Source: Thalia democratica
Lineage: Eukaryota
NCBI GenBank assembly: GCA_965202585.1
Contig: OZ241834.1
Span: 29,140,001 to 29,204,000, forward strand
Reading direction: 5' to 3'
Length of the DNA: 64,000 nucleotides
In this document: piece after piece, positions 26,530 through 41,561 of the stretch
How the letters are laid out: every line of letters begins with the position of its first letter
Numbering within the stretch: the stretch's first letter is position 1
Translations under genes and position numbers: made by a program
Notes under the pieces: generated by a model
What the model saw: the letters and a program-made list of their open reading frames with translations, nothing else
Told to the model about the DNA's origin: nothing
Databases searched by the model: none

Positions 26530-28825
26530 GCACCCCTGTGTTCGAGCATCAACATAGTTTCAAACCAGGGGAATTTACAACTCTCCCACAGATGTGCGCT
26601 CAACATTCAGTGTTTCAAAGATCAACATTACACTGAGTAAGATGCATCAATTTGCCAAAGGAGCTGTCTTCTTGTGGAAGTTGCCGATGTGATGGTTTCT
26701 CCAGATTCAGGAAAGGAACACGTCACGATGAACAGGAAAAGCGAAGGGCCCACGGATGCAGTCACGCAAGATCTGTTGCGTCACAAGGCTTTTTACTGCG
26801 CACACTGTTCCAAGTTCAAAAAGTTAGTTGCCTTAATTTTCAAAAAAACCGTTCAAATATCATTAAATGTTAAAAGCTGTATGTTTAAGTTGGTATTTCT
26901 AGCTAAATCTGGTTTCAAATTAATGTAACATTAGAATTATATATTTTTTTTTTAATTTGTTTGTATATAAAAACTAATCATCAACTATTACGTAATATTT
27001 AATTTATGTGTTAATTCTATTAATTTTAAATATAAATTTTTAGAGAATAAGTTTTTAATAACTAAACTAAATCGGTACTGACTTGTTAAGTTAAACAAAG
27101 ACTAATAAATAACAACTTTACAGAAAAAAATGCATCCATCAGCAGCAGTGGAAGCTGCACCTATTTATGACGTCATAAAGATAAGGGAAGGAGGCCAGCG
27201 GAGAGCCAGACCTCAGTTGATGCCTGAGGACCTGACGAGGTTTTCTGGAAGATCTACTGGCTGTTCAAAGCTGAGAAAATTTTCTGTGAACTCTAAGACT
27301 TGCTTCTTCATTAATTACATCAAATTCTACAAAGTTGGTTGGTTGTCTTTCTTTGGATAAACTATTTTTTTTAAGAGACTACAAATTAGCTGTTAAAAAT
27401 TGAATGTTAAGTAGATGAATAAATAATTAACTTGTATTAAAGATATAGTTCTATTGCCAGTTTTGATCTGTTTTAAAAATAATTATTTCATATTGAAATG
27501 CAATGTTTATTTCTGTTTTATTTTTACATATAATTTTAGCCATAACATAAATTTGTTTTTTAAATATCTAAAAGTAATTTTCAAACAGCAGGAAAGGCAA
27601 CCGAGAAAAGCCATCAGAAGATATAAGTGCTGACGGAGTTCGATCTTCATTAGAGTCCAGAAGAGCCATGTGGCGAACCACACAAGTGCAGCGGAGACAT
27701 CAGTCGGGCGGATTTCTTGTAGCAGAACTGATCTTTCGATGGCGTTCCAGCGTTCTCGTTCAGAATCACGACAAATAAGGAAAAACACAGCTTCCTCAAA
27801 GTTGTCTGATTTATCAACTTGTTCCAACAATCACCTTGGTTAGTTTGGTTTTGTTTGAATTATGAATAATTAAAGTTTTCATTATTTTTTGATAATAAAT
27901 TCGTTTAATTTTTCTATAGAAGTTTAAGTCTGTAAGCATTTCGTATTAAGTATGTCATTTATTGTGCTGCAAATTGTTTACTGTTTATAATTTAGATAGT
28001 TTTGTAAATGAATTTCACATGTTGTAAACTAACATCAAAAAAATAATCTGACAAAATCTGCAACAATTTCAAAACTAGTTGATATTTCTATTGTTTGAAA
28101 TTCAAGTATTTATTTGATTTCATTTTCAGTAAAAAGAATGAATTTTTAATCAATTCAGTTTAACGACTTATTAATTTATCAAAACAGGAAGCTGCAATCC
28201 ACAACAGCAGCAGACGCTTATTGAAGAAAGCAATCGTGCATGATCTAAAGAGTGCTGGTTGTGTTCTTCATCAAAGTTCATAGGAGCAGCCTAAAGTTAA
28301 CAGGAGCGTCTGAAGCCAGTGGATCAACGGATTCCTTGCACCACAATTCACCACAATTCACGAGATTTTCATTTGGTGATACCTTCCTGTTAAACACGCC
28401 CTCCTCTGATTTCATTTGAGTGCGAAAAATTCAACAATCAACTTGGTTGGTTGTTTTTGATCATTTAATTATGTGTTTTCCTTTAAAACTGAGTCTGCAT
28501 TCAGATTCTAAACTACTTAAATAAATTTTATGTTTCTTTCGTTTGCAATTAAAATAAGTAAACAAATTCTATTGAACTAAATATAGTAAATTTTATCTTC
28601 TATTTTATAACTTGAATATTATTTAACAGATAGACTGCAAGATTGTCCGAGCCAGGATAGATGAATGGACTATCATCGCGGACCAACATTGCAGACCATC
28701 ATTGCAGACCAACATTGTAGACCATTTTGTGGACCAGTACACACATGCGTTGTGGAGATGAGCGGAGAACGTTTGCGGTGCATGCAATTTAATAGTGTTG
28801 AATATTTTCTATTTCTTTTAATAAA
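26530..28825 (+). ncRNA. Unit 1 putative spliced non-coding exons B-F (~26530-26822, 27124-27337, 27589-27838, 28188-28445, 28630-AATAAA 28820)
   Basis: GC-richer islands bounded by (a)cAG and G|GTTRGT; no frame conserved across units. Confidence 0.55.
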
Positions 28826-31800
28826 TTTAAAAAATGAATACACATCGCGTTGTCTTATATAAGGGTTTATACTGTAGACGAAATAGGAGTTTTAACATCA
28901 AAATTAGATTGACGAGTATTTTTAGTGTCAAATATGGTTGAAAATCAACAAACTAAGTAGGAACATAGTCCTTAACTGATTAGAAACAAAGTTATAGTGC
29001 CACTAAATATTGTTCTTTTATAAACTTGACTAGAATACTACCTTCATCATGAAGTTTTACTATTTGGTTGAAACTTCAAAACTTCAAAATTTATTTTTAT
29101 AGTAAAGGGAACTTGGTTGATTTTGTTTGCAAAAGTAAATATAAAGTTTTGGTTGCAAGTACCAATACTAATTAGATCGTCATAATAAGAAAAAAAATTC
29201 TAAAATTCAAACGATTTAAGATGTGTTACAAACTACCTTAATTGAAGCTTTCACTGTCATCCTGAGGAGCTTTTGATTCGGCTAACAAAGTTTAAAAGAT
29301 TGTAAATTTAACAATTTACAGTCTCCCGATAATAGCGCAAAGCGAGTTTTAGAACTAAGTCAATATTTTGTCCTGGACATGACGTTAAACTGTCCTGGTG
29401 CATGACAACCGAAAGGTTTTTTGTGCACCAGGTCCTCAGACTAAACTTCTGGAGCATTTCTTGTCGCTGAAAATGTAGCATTTGGTATGAACAAAGTAAT
29501 GAGAATTGGTGCGCCTCAAGGTAAATTGAAATTTTTTTTTTTTGAATAACTCTTTTCTCAGGCCATAATTGTTGTTGTTAAATTAATTAATACTGATTCT
29601 CCGCGTATATTCTTAAACAGGCCTGTATTGTGTTTACATGACTATAGTTAAGCACAAAAATTTATACTGTTCACTGGAAACTATGCCTAAAATTTAAATT
29701 TCATTCATGTTAATTTATAAATATCTTGTATTTCCCCTTTGAGTTGGAACTGACTTGGCAACCGGTTCTGTAAAAATTTTTCCAAACTGCTAATTTAGGA
29801 TTCATCCCAACAGAAAAAAAAACAATTTAAAATATTCAGGACAACTCTGGCTAGTTACAACTATCTTCAGAAACTTCGTCGAGATTTTTCAAGTTTCTGG
29901 CTTGTTCTGGATAGTTCTGCTTAATTTAAGACCAGTTTATGATTCGAAATCTCGTTTTTCTTTAAAAAGGTGTTTTAGTTGAAACGATTTGTTATTTATG
30001 GAGTTTTCAGAGATTTAATGTTTATTGATATCTTTCAAGCATTCGGCTAATAAATTTTTATTTTCAACGCTAATTAAAGTTTTTAAAGGAAAATTTATTA
30101 CATTTAGGATAAGGTTTTTGATATGAAACAATGGCCACCACTATCACCAAAATTATTATTACATAGTTTGGTCATAGTATCATACAAAGAATAATAAAAA
30201 TTGTTAGGAAACGTGTTAACAAGCCAGCACACTACAATAAAAAAGGGGTTGCATCTTTTGGATTAGTGATAAGTTTATCAATCTTTTAAGAAGTAATATT
30301 GCGAACGATCAATTAAATAAACACTACTTATTTTTTACATGTAGGAATTCTGTTTGTATGCTAATTTTTTAAACTAGAATATTTTTGGATGTTGACTTCA
30401 ATTTATGTTATGAAAATGGCACGAGGGTTCTAGTAAAAGGATTGGCAGACTTATATTTAATTTTATTCATCATCAACATAAATGTTTAACTAGCAACTAT
30501 CATTGAGTAACCAATGAAAAAATGCACTAAAAACTATAAATAAAGAGCCTGAATAAAATTTTTTACAATATTAACGTTTTGATTTAAAAGTATACACTAG
30601 TCGAAAATAATACTGTCACAGCTTTACTATTTTGTAGACTGCATTTGCTAAATCCCCGTCTAGAAGATGCAAAGTCTCATTATACCAGCAATAGAGTTCT
30701 TAGCAGTCTTTCAATGTGATTTCAGCAGCTCCTGCGAAGAAGTCTCGATTGAATCAGTCATGCTTCTAATTTGCAAATCCTCAGCAAGTAAAAATATTTA
30801 GGTGTGGTGTAAAGACTGAAATTTCATCATATCCATTTCCACTGGCCGTGTTGTGAGAACGAAATAAACACTGAAACCGAAAAGTTAGCTGGTTAATAAT
30901 TTATTTATATACAAAATGTTATAATTTCAAGCTGAAAGCTACTTGTTTTTATCATTGACAATATCTATACATTTTAAAAACGTCTCTGAGTTTAGTCTTA
31001 ACCTTAAGTAATGGATTTTGACAAGTAATATTTTTCTCCAAACTAAAATATAAGTTTTTTTAACAACTTAATTGTTTAAGTAATGTATTTTATTAGTAGA
31101 ATATCAATGTTGTTATACTTTTGTTTTTCATGGTTTTAAAATTGATGCTAAGGTTTGATTTATATTTATTAAATTAATTTTATATGGCTGTAACTAGTTC
31201 CTTTGTTTTATTCAGGACATTCTAACTTATTACATTGTTTTAAAAAATAGTTTCATTTCGCTAAAAAGTACTAAAAAGGCATATGCTTTTGCTTTGCAGG
31301 CCGCATTTCACCGAGAGCCGTTTTAGAAGATGCAAAGTTCTAATAAGCCGCAAGTGGAGTCAACAAGCATCAATGTGATTCCAGCAGCTCCTGGGACGAA
31401 GTGTCAACTACTTCATTCGCCCCGTCATATGGAAAACGAGGTTGCAACGACAGAGTCTTCTGCAATTGTTTTTCTGCTGTGTTGTTTGGAAACCGTTCCA
31501 CTAGAAAACACTGAAACCTGCAAGTTAGCCGGTTAATAGATTATTTATCAACAAAACGTTGCTATTTTTAAAACATTTTTCAACTCAAAGGATAAAAAAT
31601 ATTTGAAAAAAACAGTGCAAATTGAATTTAGTCTTACTTTAGTGGTATATCTAGATACTTTACTGTACTAAAACAGATATAGTTTTGAATTAAATACAAA
31701 TAATTTAAGTGAAACAATTTATATTCATAATATATATCAAAATTGTGTAATTTTTTTTTTAAAGTTGATGGTACGATAAGTTTTATGTTAATTAAATAGT

Positions 31801-31917
31801 TTTTGTTTCATTAACTTTTGTTGGATTTTTATTATTAATATTATTAACTATATTTTCTTAGCTTAAAAACTGAAAAAAATACTTGTTTGTTAAATTATAA
31901 TATATTAATTTTCGTTG

Positions 31918-32100
31918 TAGGGTACAAAATTTAAATTTTCGTTTCAAAGCGAGGCCGACACTAACATTATTATCAAATTAACAAAAAATATCCTAAATTT
32001 ACTCTTTCTTAATAAAGTCTCTAGTTAACAAACAAAATAATTATTTCAATGTTTTTTGGAGTTGTAATGTTTAATTTAAACTTGTTTTGATTGATGATAA
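31918..32100 (+). pseudogene. Decayed ribozyme 5' half, unit 2
   Basis: agggtacaaaatttaaat..gaggccgacactaac resembles P1 and J1/2 of the unit-4 ribozyme; no P3/L3/P1' follows. Confidence 0.65.
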
Positions 32101-32509
32101 ATTTTTGATAAAAATAAAATTGTTTAACCACATTGTTACTTGGATATGTTTGTGTATAATATGTGTTTCTTAAGGTTTGTCTATTTGTTTATTTTCGAAA
32201 TTAAGTTTTTCTTAAAACTTAAAAAGCTTGTAAGATAAAAGAAACTAAAAACGGTTGACCAAAGTTAATTGGTTTGTATAAGTATGGTCGAAAAATAATT
32301 TGTAAAAATTTTATTGTGTCTGTTTGATTAAATTACATACAAAAGTTACTGGTTGTTTGATTAATTATATTAAACAGAACACATATATATTTATGCTCTA
32401 ATATTGAATTTTATTAATTTCTAAAAGACTAGCCACTGTCAAACCAAAAGTAAGGTTTTCAAAAATGTTTAAACTAATTAGTTTAATATTAACAACATGT
32501 ATTTAATGT

Positions 32510-32949
32510 GGGGTACAAAATTTAAACCTTCGTTGCAATTGGTGGATTTCATGACAAAAAATTCTGACTAATTTATCGAAAAGTTTAATAATTTAAAATG
32601 TGTCAAGTTTACAAGTAATTTATTTTAATATTTTTAGAATTGTCATGTTTAATTGCAACAGAGGTTTAAATTTATTCACACCGCTTCCTCGTTCAGTGTA
32701 CCCTGGAAACTTTGACGTTATTGTTGCTAGGTAATCCCCAAATTTGTTAAATACTGCCCACACTAAGTTCTTATAAAAAGAATCTTAAACTTCTTGAGTT
32801 TGTCTAAAATTAATATTAACAGAAGTAAATAAAACGTTTAAAAATAGATAAAGGTTCATAATACTTTCCTTGTAAACACCAAATAATTTTCACCCTTAAA
32901 AACCAGTTACCTAGCAACAAATAAATTTTCAAAGGCTAAAGGTGTGAAT
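32510..32949 (+). ncRNA. HDV-like ribozyme, unit 2
   Basis: P1 GGGGUAC/GUACCCU, P3 GCU/AGU, L3 UCCUCGUUC (2-nt insertion), GG, J4/2 GCUAA with C at 32936, P2 AUUCACACC/GGUGUGAAU. Confidence 0.8.
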
Positions 32950-35900
32950 GTAAATATTGTATATTTATTTGTTACAATTTGAATTAGTACTCATGCCTTA
33001 CAAAATTGTATATTTGTTTATAAATATATCTGTTGTTTAATTATTAAGTTTTTTCTATTGTGTTATTGTTTTATTAATAATTATGGTTATTGTGGTTGAT
33101 ATTTTATTTTTAATTTATTAGTTTTTGTGTTGAAATTGCTGAGTTTCCCTGTAAAAAAAAGGGTTATCATTCCCTAAAAAAATGTTTATTTTTTGTAAAT
33201 GTCTTATTTTAAATTTATTAGTTTTTGTGTTGAAATTGCTGAGTTTTCCTGTAAAGAAATAGGGTTATCATTCCCTAAAAAAATGTTTATTTTTTGTAAG
33301 TTTTGTAAATATCAATTATTTCACTTGAATTATCTGAGCCTTCAAAGGTAACCCCTCAAATTGTAATATTTAAAAAATTACAAAATTTATTAGTTGTCGT
33401 TTTTTTTTCGCTCAACAAATGTCATCAACTTGTCTGCGCGACATCCCTTGCGCACACAATGAGTTGTATTATTTTATTATTATTGATTTATTATTTTTAT
33501 TAATATTTTGATAAAATAGTTACAGTAGCGTTACTTATACAGTTGGCATCACCATGAATTGTAATGCAAAAATAATTGTACTTGTATCATTTTTATGAAT
33601 TTTTTTAAGACGCACTTTTGGAAATGTTTGAATAGTGGGTTTAAATTTGCTTCACATTTGAAAGCAAACCCACTTAAATTGTACATAATTTACATTTGTT
33701 TTTATTCTGTTGTCTTATATTTTTGAATACTGGAAACTATGCGAAGTTCTTTCTGTTCAAGGGTTTGTAAATCCCCTAATTCAAAGATTTATATTACATT
33801 TACATTAATTGTATATATTGTATAATTTTTTTTTTGAAAATTGGTTGATGTTTTCTTTACAATATTCTAATACCAAAACACTTAGTTATTACAGACCCTT
33901 AAAATTACTTAAATTAAGCCGAGTAACATAATAACTTTTTAAGAAATGAGAAAAATAATTTTAAATATTAACACATGGTCTTAAGCTAAATTAATAAAAC
34001 TGAGGAACCAACATTTTCAAAAACCTGATGTAAATTTGCACAGAAACTTTATTTAAATGTCATGGATACAGTTCAACATAAAAAAGAGTAAGATATCGAT
34101 ATCTCTCTTTGTATTTTCAATTAGCGGTTTTTATTTGCTTTGTGCTTGTGTTAATTTTTTTCTTCGCCTAAAAAGAACTTTTGTTCTCTTGAGTTCTTAT
34201 AAAAATTGCTCTGTTTGTAATATTTGTACAGATATTTAGTTTTTTTACATTTTGAATATTTATAGTCTATTTGTTTATTCTAATTATGGTTATCTAGTGA
34301 AAATCGCGAGGAATTGTATATTTGTAAATATTCTTAGTTGTGTTTTTTACAACAATTTTAATGTCATGATGATATTCAACATAGAAAGAGTAGAAAACAA
34401 CTACATCTTTTCAATTAAATTTTTGTTTTGTTTCGTTGACTTGTGCTCCTTGTTTTTTGTATTCGCCTAAAAAGAACTTTTGTTCGCTTGAGTTCATAAA
34501 ACTGCTCTGTTTGTAATATTTGTACAGATATTTTTTTATTATTTTTTTATATGAAAGTGTTTATCTGTGCATGTTAAGCTGTTGACTTGTAAATTTGTAC
34601 ATAAAATATTTATTTGTTTTTGAAAGACCTGAGAATGCTATCCAACATAGAAAAGTAGAAAGAAATTTCACTCGACAAATTGTATATATGACATATTTTT
34701 CTTCTTTTAATTAGTTTATTTTAATAAGAATTTTACATTTATCGTGAACAAAGCTCAATTTGAATTTAATGAACTTAGTTTACATTTTGAATTTTTATTG
34801 TCTTTTTGTGTTTATTTTAATGATCGTTATCAAGTGAAAATCGCGAGGAATTGTATATTTGTAAATATTCTTAATTTTGTGTCTTTATATTTTTAAGTGA
34901 TTATTTCAAACCGATTCTGATATTAGCAACAAAACTTTCATGACCATGAAAGTTTTATCGAAGTTTTTCATAGCTTTTGTAAATTTTTGTACAGTTGTTA
35001 CTAATTATTCGTTCTTAATGATGTACTTAAACTTTCAATGATGTACTTAAACTTTTTTGAGTCAAATATTTGACATGATATCTAAAGCCTGTATAACATA
35101 TAGAAAATCGGGAAAGACCACCCGATGTGTAAATAAACTTATATAACTGCATCATTACCAAACACTCGACAATTTTCTCTCCCCTGCTTTTGAACATCAA
35201 ATCAGTATCAAACAAGGGGGGTTTCAGAACACAGATACGCGAGCAATTTTCAGCATTTCGAAGATCAGCTTTATGCTGAGTGAGGATGCAAATTGCTAAA
35301 GGAGCCGGTTGAATTTTCTTAAAGAGGGGAATCCCGGGAAGAGGAGATGCTGACGTGTTCCCAGGTTCAGGGGAGGATCTTTTCAAGATCTGAGGAGTGA
35401 TGTCTCGCAACAGAGCAGATCCCCACAAGATCTTCATGATTGCGCCATCACAAGACCCGTCTCTTCATAGTGGGTACTTTTCCAAGTACTAACAAGTTAG
35501 TTGGTGTTATTTAGAAAATCGAATAAATTAAATTTGTTTTGAATGTTTTAAGTCTAATTCGTTTTTTTTATGAAATTTTTATTTTAAACTCAGTCTGTTT
35601 TATAACTTGAATCTTTTACACGAATTCCTGTTCGTAATGTGGTTTTAAAAAGAAAACTTGAGTTACAACATCAAGTTTTATGTAAATGCTTATTTCCATT
35701 ATTTGATTTTAGATAACAAGTTTTTATTGATTACTTTAGTTCTGTACTGACTAAGAGAGCCTTAAGAAACATTGAATAAAAATATATATTTTACAGCAAA
35801 AACTGCAACCAGAAGCAGTTGAAGTAGACAGTATGACGTCACAAACGGTATGACGTCACAAATAAGAAGGAACCAGTGGAAAGTCTGATAGACTTCAGTT

Positions 35901-36249
35901 GATGACGTGAATAGATCTAGATGACCTCATCAGATGTTCAGCTTGTAATGAGTCGAAAATTTTGAGTCGCATTAAAAGGTTCGCATGCTTTCTTCAAGAT
36001 AAAGAACTTTTAAACATTCAACTAAGCTGGTTAGTTGCTTTGAATTTTATTAAAAAACTATTTGTGACTTTATTAGTTTTTCCTTTTTAAAATTACTACC
36101 AAACATGAGCCTTAAATGATTTAATTATTAACTTTACAATCCATCTGCAGCAGATGTCCAAAGAAAGAGTTGGAGGAAATCTTCGAACGATGACTGAGGA
36201 GTCGCCGATGAAGAGCTCTCATGTTTGCAGTACAAATCTTCACCGGAAT

Positions 36250-36410
36250 ACTGATGTTATCCCGACACTGATGTCATCCCGACACTGATGTCATCCGAAC
36301 ACTGATGTCATCCCGACAATGATGACATCCCAACACGGAGGTCATCTCTACACGGAGGTCATTTCAACATTGAGGTCATCCCAACATTGATGTCATCTCA
36401 ACACTGAGAT
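36250..36410 (+). repeat. 17-bp minisatellite (ccgacactgatgtcatc, about 9 copies) inside unit-2 exon D
   Basis: Directly visible tandem copies; about one copy at the paralogous site ~45955. Confidence 0.85.
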
Positions 36411-39400
36411 TACTTCATAATCAAGCTGTTCTTCGATTCTTCAATAGAATCAAACCCGACGAGATCTTCCAGAGGAGATGAATTCTTGAAATTCTCTGAT
36501 GAATCATCAAAGAAAAAAAAAAAACGACTTCCAATTTACTTGGTTAGTTGATTTTATTTAAATAAACGAAAAAATTTAAGTTTTTATTATTTAGTTAGTA
36601 AAAATTGCAGGTCCAATGTTTTAAGTTTTTTTTTGAAATGTTTACTTTAAACTAATTCGCATTGTTTTAAACTTTTGTCTAAAATACTAGGTTTGTTAGT
36701 AATTGATGAAATCTAACAAACATTTCGCGTATAATTTCTTAATTAGTTAAGAACCGACATTTTTCAATTGCTTAAAATAAAAAAGTAAATTCTATCAAAA
36801 TAAAGGTTATAGATATTTCATAAAAAAACAAGTTTTAAGGGTTATTGATAAACATTTGTTTGGCAGGAAACTGCAATAGAGAATTACAGCAGCTCCACTT
36901 CGGCGGAGGACGAACGAAGAACAAATCTTCATCGCGATGAAAAGCACGTTGAGAGGTCAGCAAAAGCGTTGTACCGCGCGAGATCTTCAATTGGCCTTTT
37001 CTTCGTTCAAAATTAAATTTGTGGAAAATAATAACGTGTCTCTTAATCGTGTTCAAACAAACATGAAGAAAGTTTCAACAATCAACTCGGTTAGTTACTT
37101 CTCAATAATTTACTTATTATACATTTTTCGTTTTATCAGTATGAAGTTTATCATTTGGTACTTAGTTAAAACTATAATTATGTGTTATACAACCTGATTA
37201 TGTTTTGTACAAATATATTATATTTAAACAAAAGTTTTTATAATCTTTTCATACTGTTAACAGTTTTTTGTAAAAGCAATTTATTTGATAGTTATGTTGA
37301 AAGCAAAACCTTAAAAAATTAAAGCTGAGAAAAAATAAAGTTTCTGAACTTGAATAAATTTGATATTTCTTTCGTTTGCAATTGGAAATAAGTACATAAC
37401 TTCTATTGAAATAAAAATAATAAATGTTAATAAAAATAAATTCCCAGATACACTGCAACATAGTCCAAGCCAGGACGTGGAACGGAGACAATCCCATTTC
37501 TGTTTGGATTCTTCCAGTTAACTTGGTTAGTTGATTTTATTTGAATAAACGTAAAAAGTTGAGTTTATTATTTATTTTGTAAAAATTGCCGGTCCAATGT
37601 TATAAGTTTTTTTTTTTAACTTTTAATTTACTTAAAATTAATCCGCATTGTTTTAAATTTTTGTACTACATATTAAACTTAATTAATAATCTGATAAAAT
37701 CTAACAAACATTTTGCGTAAAACTCTTAATTAGTCAATAATCACCATATTTCTTATGTTTAAAATATAATAAGTAAAAGTAATAGATTTATCATTAAAAA
37801 TAAGTTGCAAGGGTTATTAATTAACTATTCACTTAGCAGGAAACTGCAATCGAGAATTACAGCGGCGAGAAAAAAACTCCATTTCGGCGGAGGAAGAGCT
37901 GCTGACAAGTCACGATGAAAAGCTCGTTGAGAGATCAGCGAATTGTACCGCGTGATCTTCAATTGGACTTTTCTTCGTTCAAAATTAAGCTTGTGGAAAA
38001 TAATAACGTGTCTCTTAATCGTGTTCAAACAAACATGAAGAAAGTTTCAACAATCAGCTCGGTTGGTTGCTTCTCAATCATTTACTTATTATATACTTTT
38101 CGTTTTATCAGTATGAAGTTTATCATTTGGTGTTTGAATTTAAAACTGTAATTATGTGTTATACAACCTGATTATGTTTTGTACAAATATATTATTTTTA
38201 AACAAAAGTTTTTGTAATCTTTTCATACTGTTAAAAGTTTTTTCGCAAAAGTAGTTGTATAATAGTTTCAAATGTTGCAAGTTAAAATTTAAAAAAGTTA
38301 AAACTGAGAATAGTCAGCATGCAATTTCTCAATAACTTGATAAAGTTGGCATTTTTCGTTTGCAAATTAAGCAAATTACATGACTTCTATTGAATTAAGT
38401 AAATTAAGTTTTAATATTGATTTTTAATTTCACAGATACACTGCAGGATCGTCCGAGGCAGGATAGATGAATGGACCATCATCGCGGACCATCATTGCGG
38501 ACCATCATTGCGGACCATTTTGGGGACCAGTACACACATGCGTTGTGGAGATGAGCGGAGAACGTTTGCGGTGCATGCAATTGAATGTTGATCTTATTTT
38601 GATATTTTCTATTTCTTTTAATAAATTTAAAAAATGAATATACATCGCGTTGTTTTATATAAGAGTTAATACTGTAAACGAAATAAGAGTTTCAAGTTGA
38701 AGTTGACGAGTATTTCTTGTGTCAAATATGGTTGAAAATCAGCAAACTAAGTAGGAACGAAGTCCTTAACTGATTAGAAACAAAATTATAGTGCCCTAAA
38801 TGTTGTTCTTTTATAAACTTGACTAATATACTACCTTCATGAAGTTTTGCTATTTGGTTTAAACTTAACAACTTCAAAATTAATTTTTATTGCAAAGGGA
38901 ACTTTTTCGATTTTTTTGCAGTAAAGATGAAATTTTGGTTGCAAGTACCAACACTGATTAGGTCGTTGTTGTCACAATAAGAAAAAAAAACCAAACAATT
39001 TAAGATAAGTTACAAATTACCTTAACGGAAGCTTTAACTGTCGTTCTAAGGAGCTTTTGATTCGGCGAACAAAGTTTAAAAGATAGTAAATTTAACAATT
39101 TACAGTCTCCCGATTATAGCGCAAAACGAGTATTAGAACTAAGTCAATAGTTTGTCCTGGACATGACGTTAAACTGTCCTGGTGCATGACAACCGAAAGG
39201 TTTTTTGTGCACCAGGTCCTCAGACTAAACTTCTTGTCATTCAATGTGTATCATTTGGTATGAACAAAGTAATTGGAATTGGTGCGCTTCAATTAAAAGG
39301 TATCTTGAAAAAGTTTTTTTTTTTTAATTCTAAAATGTTGTTTTATCTTGTAAAGGTGATTCTCCGCTTTTATTATTAAAAACAGGTCTGGTTTGCTTTA

Positions 39401-39470
39401 CAAAGATATAAACGCGGCACATAACGTGTGCATAATTTTTAGTTTACACTAAAACTACTTTTTAGTTTTA

Positions 39471-39860
39471 GCCACTTAACCTGGAAAAACCGGAAATTTG
39501 ACAATTTAGGCTTAATAAAACCTGGATAAAACTTAAATTTGATAAACTTCGTAAAAAACTGGAATTTCGAATGAAATTTACTAAAAAATCTGAAACTTTG
39601 ACATTTTCACATGTTTAATAGTAAAATTTCGATTTGACTCAAAAAATCTATCATATAAATGAAAAAATTTGGTCATCATCAAAAAGTTTATTTTTTAACT
39701 TGAAGTAGCTTTACAATATCTTTTCGATGTTTCAATACTATTTAACACAGTTCTTACTTAAACTCTAAATTATAAATAGACCCAAAAATGTGAACTTTTA
39801 GAAACTTGAAAAATAATTAGAAAACCTAGATTTTTTATGAAAAAACTATTGTCAACCCTG
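39471..39860 (+). mobile_element. hAT-like MITE (CAGGGTTGCCAC-type ends), left end decayed
   Basis: Homologous to 48888-49233 and 57556-57829; right end gtcaaccctg; absent at the paralogous sites ~29660 and ~48040. Confidence 0.65.
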
Positions 39861-41561
39861 TAGTGTTCGCTGAAAAGTAGTTAATTTAAAACGTCTCCCC
39901 CTTTTGGGTTGGAGCTGACTTGGCTACCAGCTCTGTAAAATTTTCGCCAAACTCCTAATTTAGGATTCATCCCAACAAAAAAATAGTATAAAAAATCAGA
40001 ATAACTCGAGTTAGTTACAACTGTTTTTGGATAGTCAGGTTTGTTTGCAAATTTTCTAAACTAAACATTTTTGGATGTAGATTTTCAATTTATGGTATGA
40101 AAATTTCACGAGGGTATAAGTGTTGGCAGACTTTAATTTATTGATCAATATTTATAATTTTTACTCGAAAGCATCAGTAATTAACCAATAAAATTACACC
40201 AGAAACTTGTAACTATAAATAAGGAGCTTCAAATACACTAGAATAATAAAGAGCCACAGCTTTACCTATTTTGCAGACTGCACTTGCTAAATCCCTTTCT
40301 AGAAGATGCAAAGTCTCATTATACCAGCCATAGAGTTCTTAGCAGTCTTTCAATGTGATTTCAGCAGCTCTTGCGTAAAAGTCTCGACTGAATCTTGCTG
40401 CTTGAAATGCAGTTTCTCAGCAAGTAAAATATTCTGCTGTAAAGACTGAAATTTCATCACACCCACTGGCTGTGTTGTGAGAACGAATAAACACTGTAAC
40501 CGAAAAGTTAGCTGGTTAATAAATTATTTATAGACTAAATGTTATAATTTCAAGCTGAAAGCTACTTGTTTTTATCATTGACAAGATCTTTACATTTTAA
40601 AAACGTGTCTGAGTTTAGTTTTAACCTTAAGTAATGGGTTTTGACAAGTAGTATTGTTCACTATACTATAATATCATTTTTTGTTACAACTTAATTGTTC
40701 GAGTAATGTATTTTATTCGTAGAATATTAATGTTACTATAGTTTTGTTTTTCGTTGCATTAAAACAAATGTAAAGATTCGATTTATTAAATTAAATTAAC
40801 AAGGCTGTGACTAGTTCCTTAGTTTTATTCAGTGAATTCTATATTAATACATTGTTTTGAAAAATAGTTTCATTTCGCTAAAAATACAAAAAAGGCATTT
40901 TCTTTTGCTTTGCAGGCCGCATTTTGCCAAGAGCCGTTCAAGAAGATGCAAAGTTCTAAAAAGCCGCAAGTGGAGTCAACAAGCATCAATTTGATTCCAG
41001 CAGCTCCTGGGACAAAGTGTCGACTACTTCATACGACTACTTCAGAAGTTTCGACTACTTCACACGCCCGGTCACACGGAGAATGAGGTTGCAACGTCCG
41101 GGTCTTCTGCAATTGTTTTTCTGCTGTGTCGCGAGGAAACCGGTCCACTAGAAAACACTGAAACCTGCAAGTTAGCCGATTAATAGATTATTTATCAACA
41201 AGACGCTGCTATTTATGAAACATTTTTACAACACAAAGGAAAAACTAAAATAATTAAAAAAACAGTGCAAATTGAATTTAGTCTTACCTTGGTATTATAT
41301 ATAAATATATTTTTATGTCCTAAAAATATATAGCCTTGAACCAAATACAAATATTTTAAGTGAAACAATTTTTATTCATAATATATTCATCAAAATTGTG
41401 TATTTTTTTTAAATTGACGGATAAGAAAAGTTTTATGTTACTTGAATATTTTTTTATTAACTTTTCTTGGATTTTTATTAATATTCTTATTAACTATAGT
41501 TTCTTAATTTAAAAACTGAAAAAAATTATATGTTATTTGAAATTATATTAAGTCTCATTCT

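Larger units (their letters stand above)
30638..38630 (+). ncRNA. Unit 2 putative exons A'/A (~30638-30884, ~31281-31523), ribozyme, then B-F with a duplicated E/F pair
   Basis: Exon-like islands at ~35190-35490, ~35797-36029, ~36150-36541, ~36866-37088, ~37448-37524, ~37838-38060, ~38437-38625 with AG/GT ends; terminal AATAAA. Confidence 0.55.

Noticed and set aside
29370-29450. Minus-strand CTGAGGA before a stem in the dispersed hairpin repeat
   Set aside because: No GAAA after the stem, and other copies lack the motif
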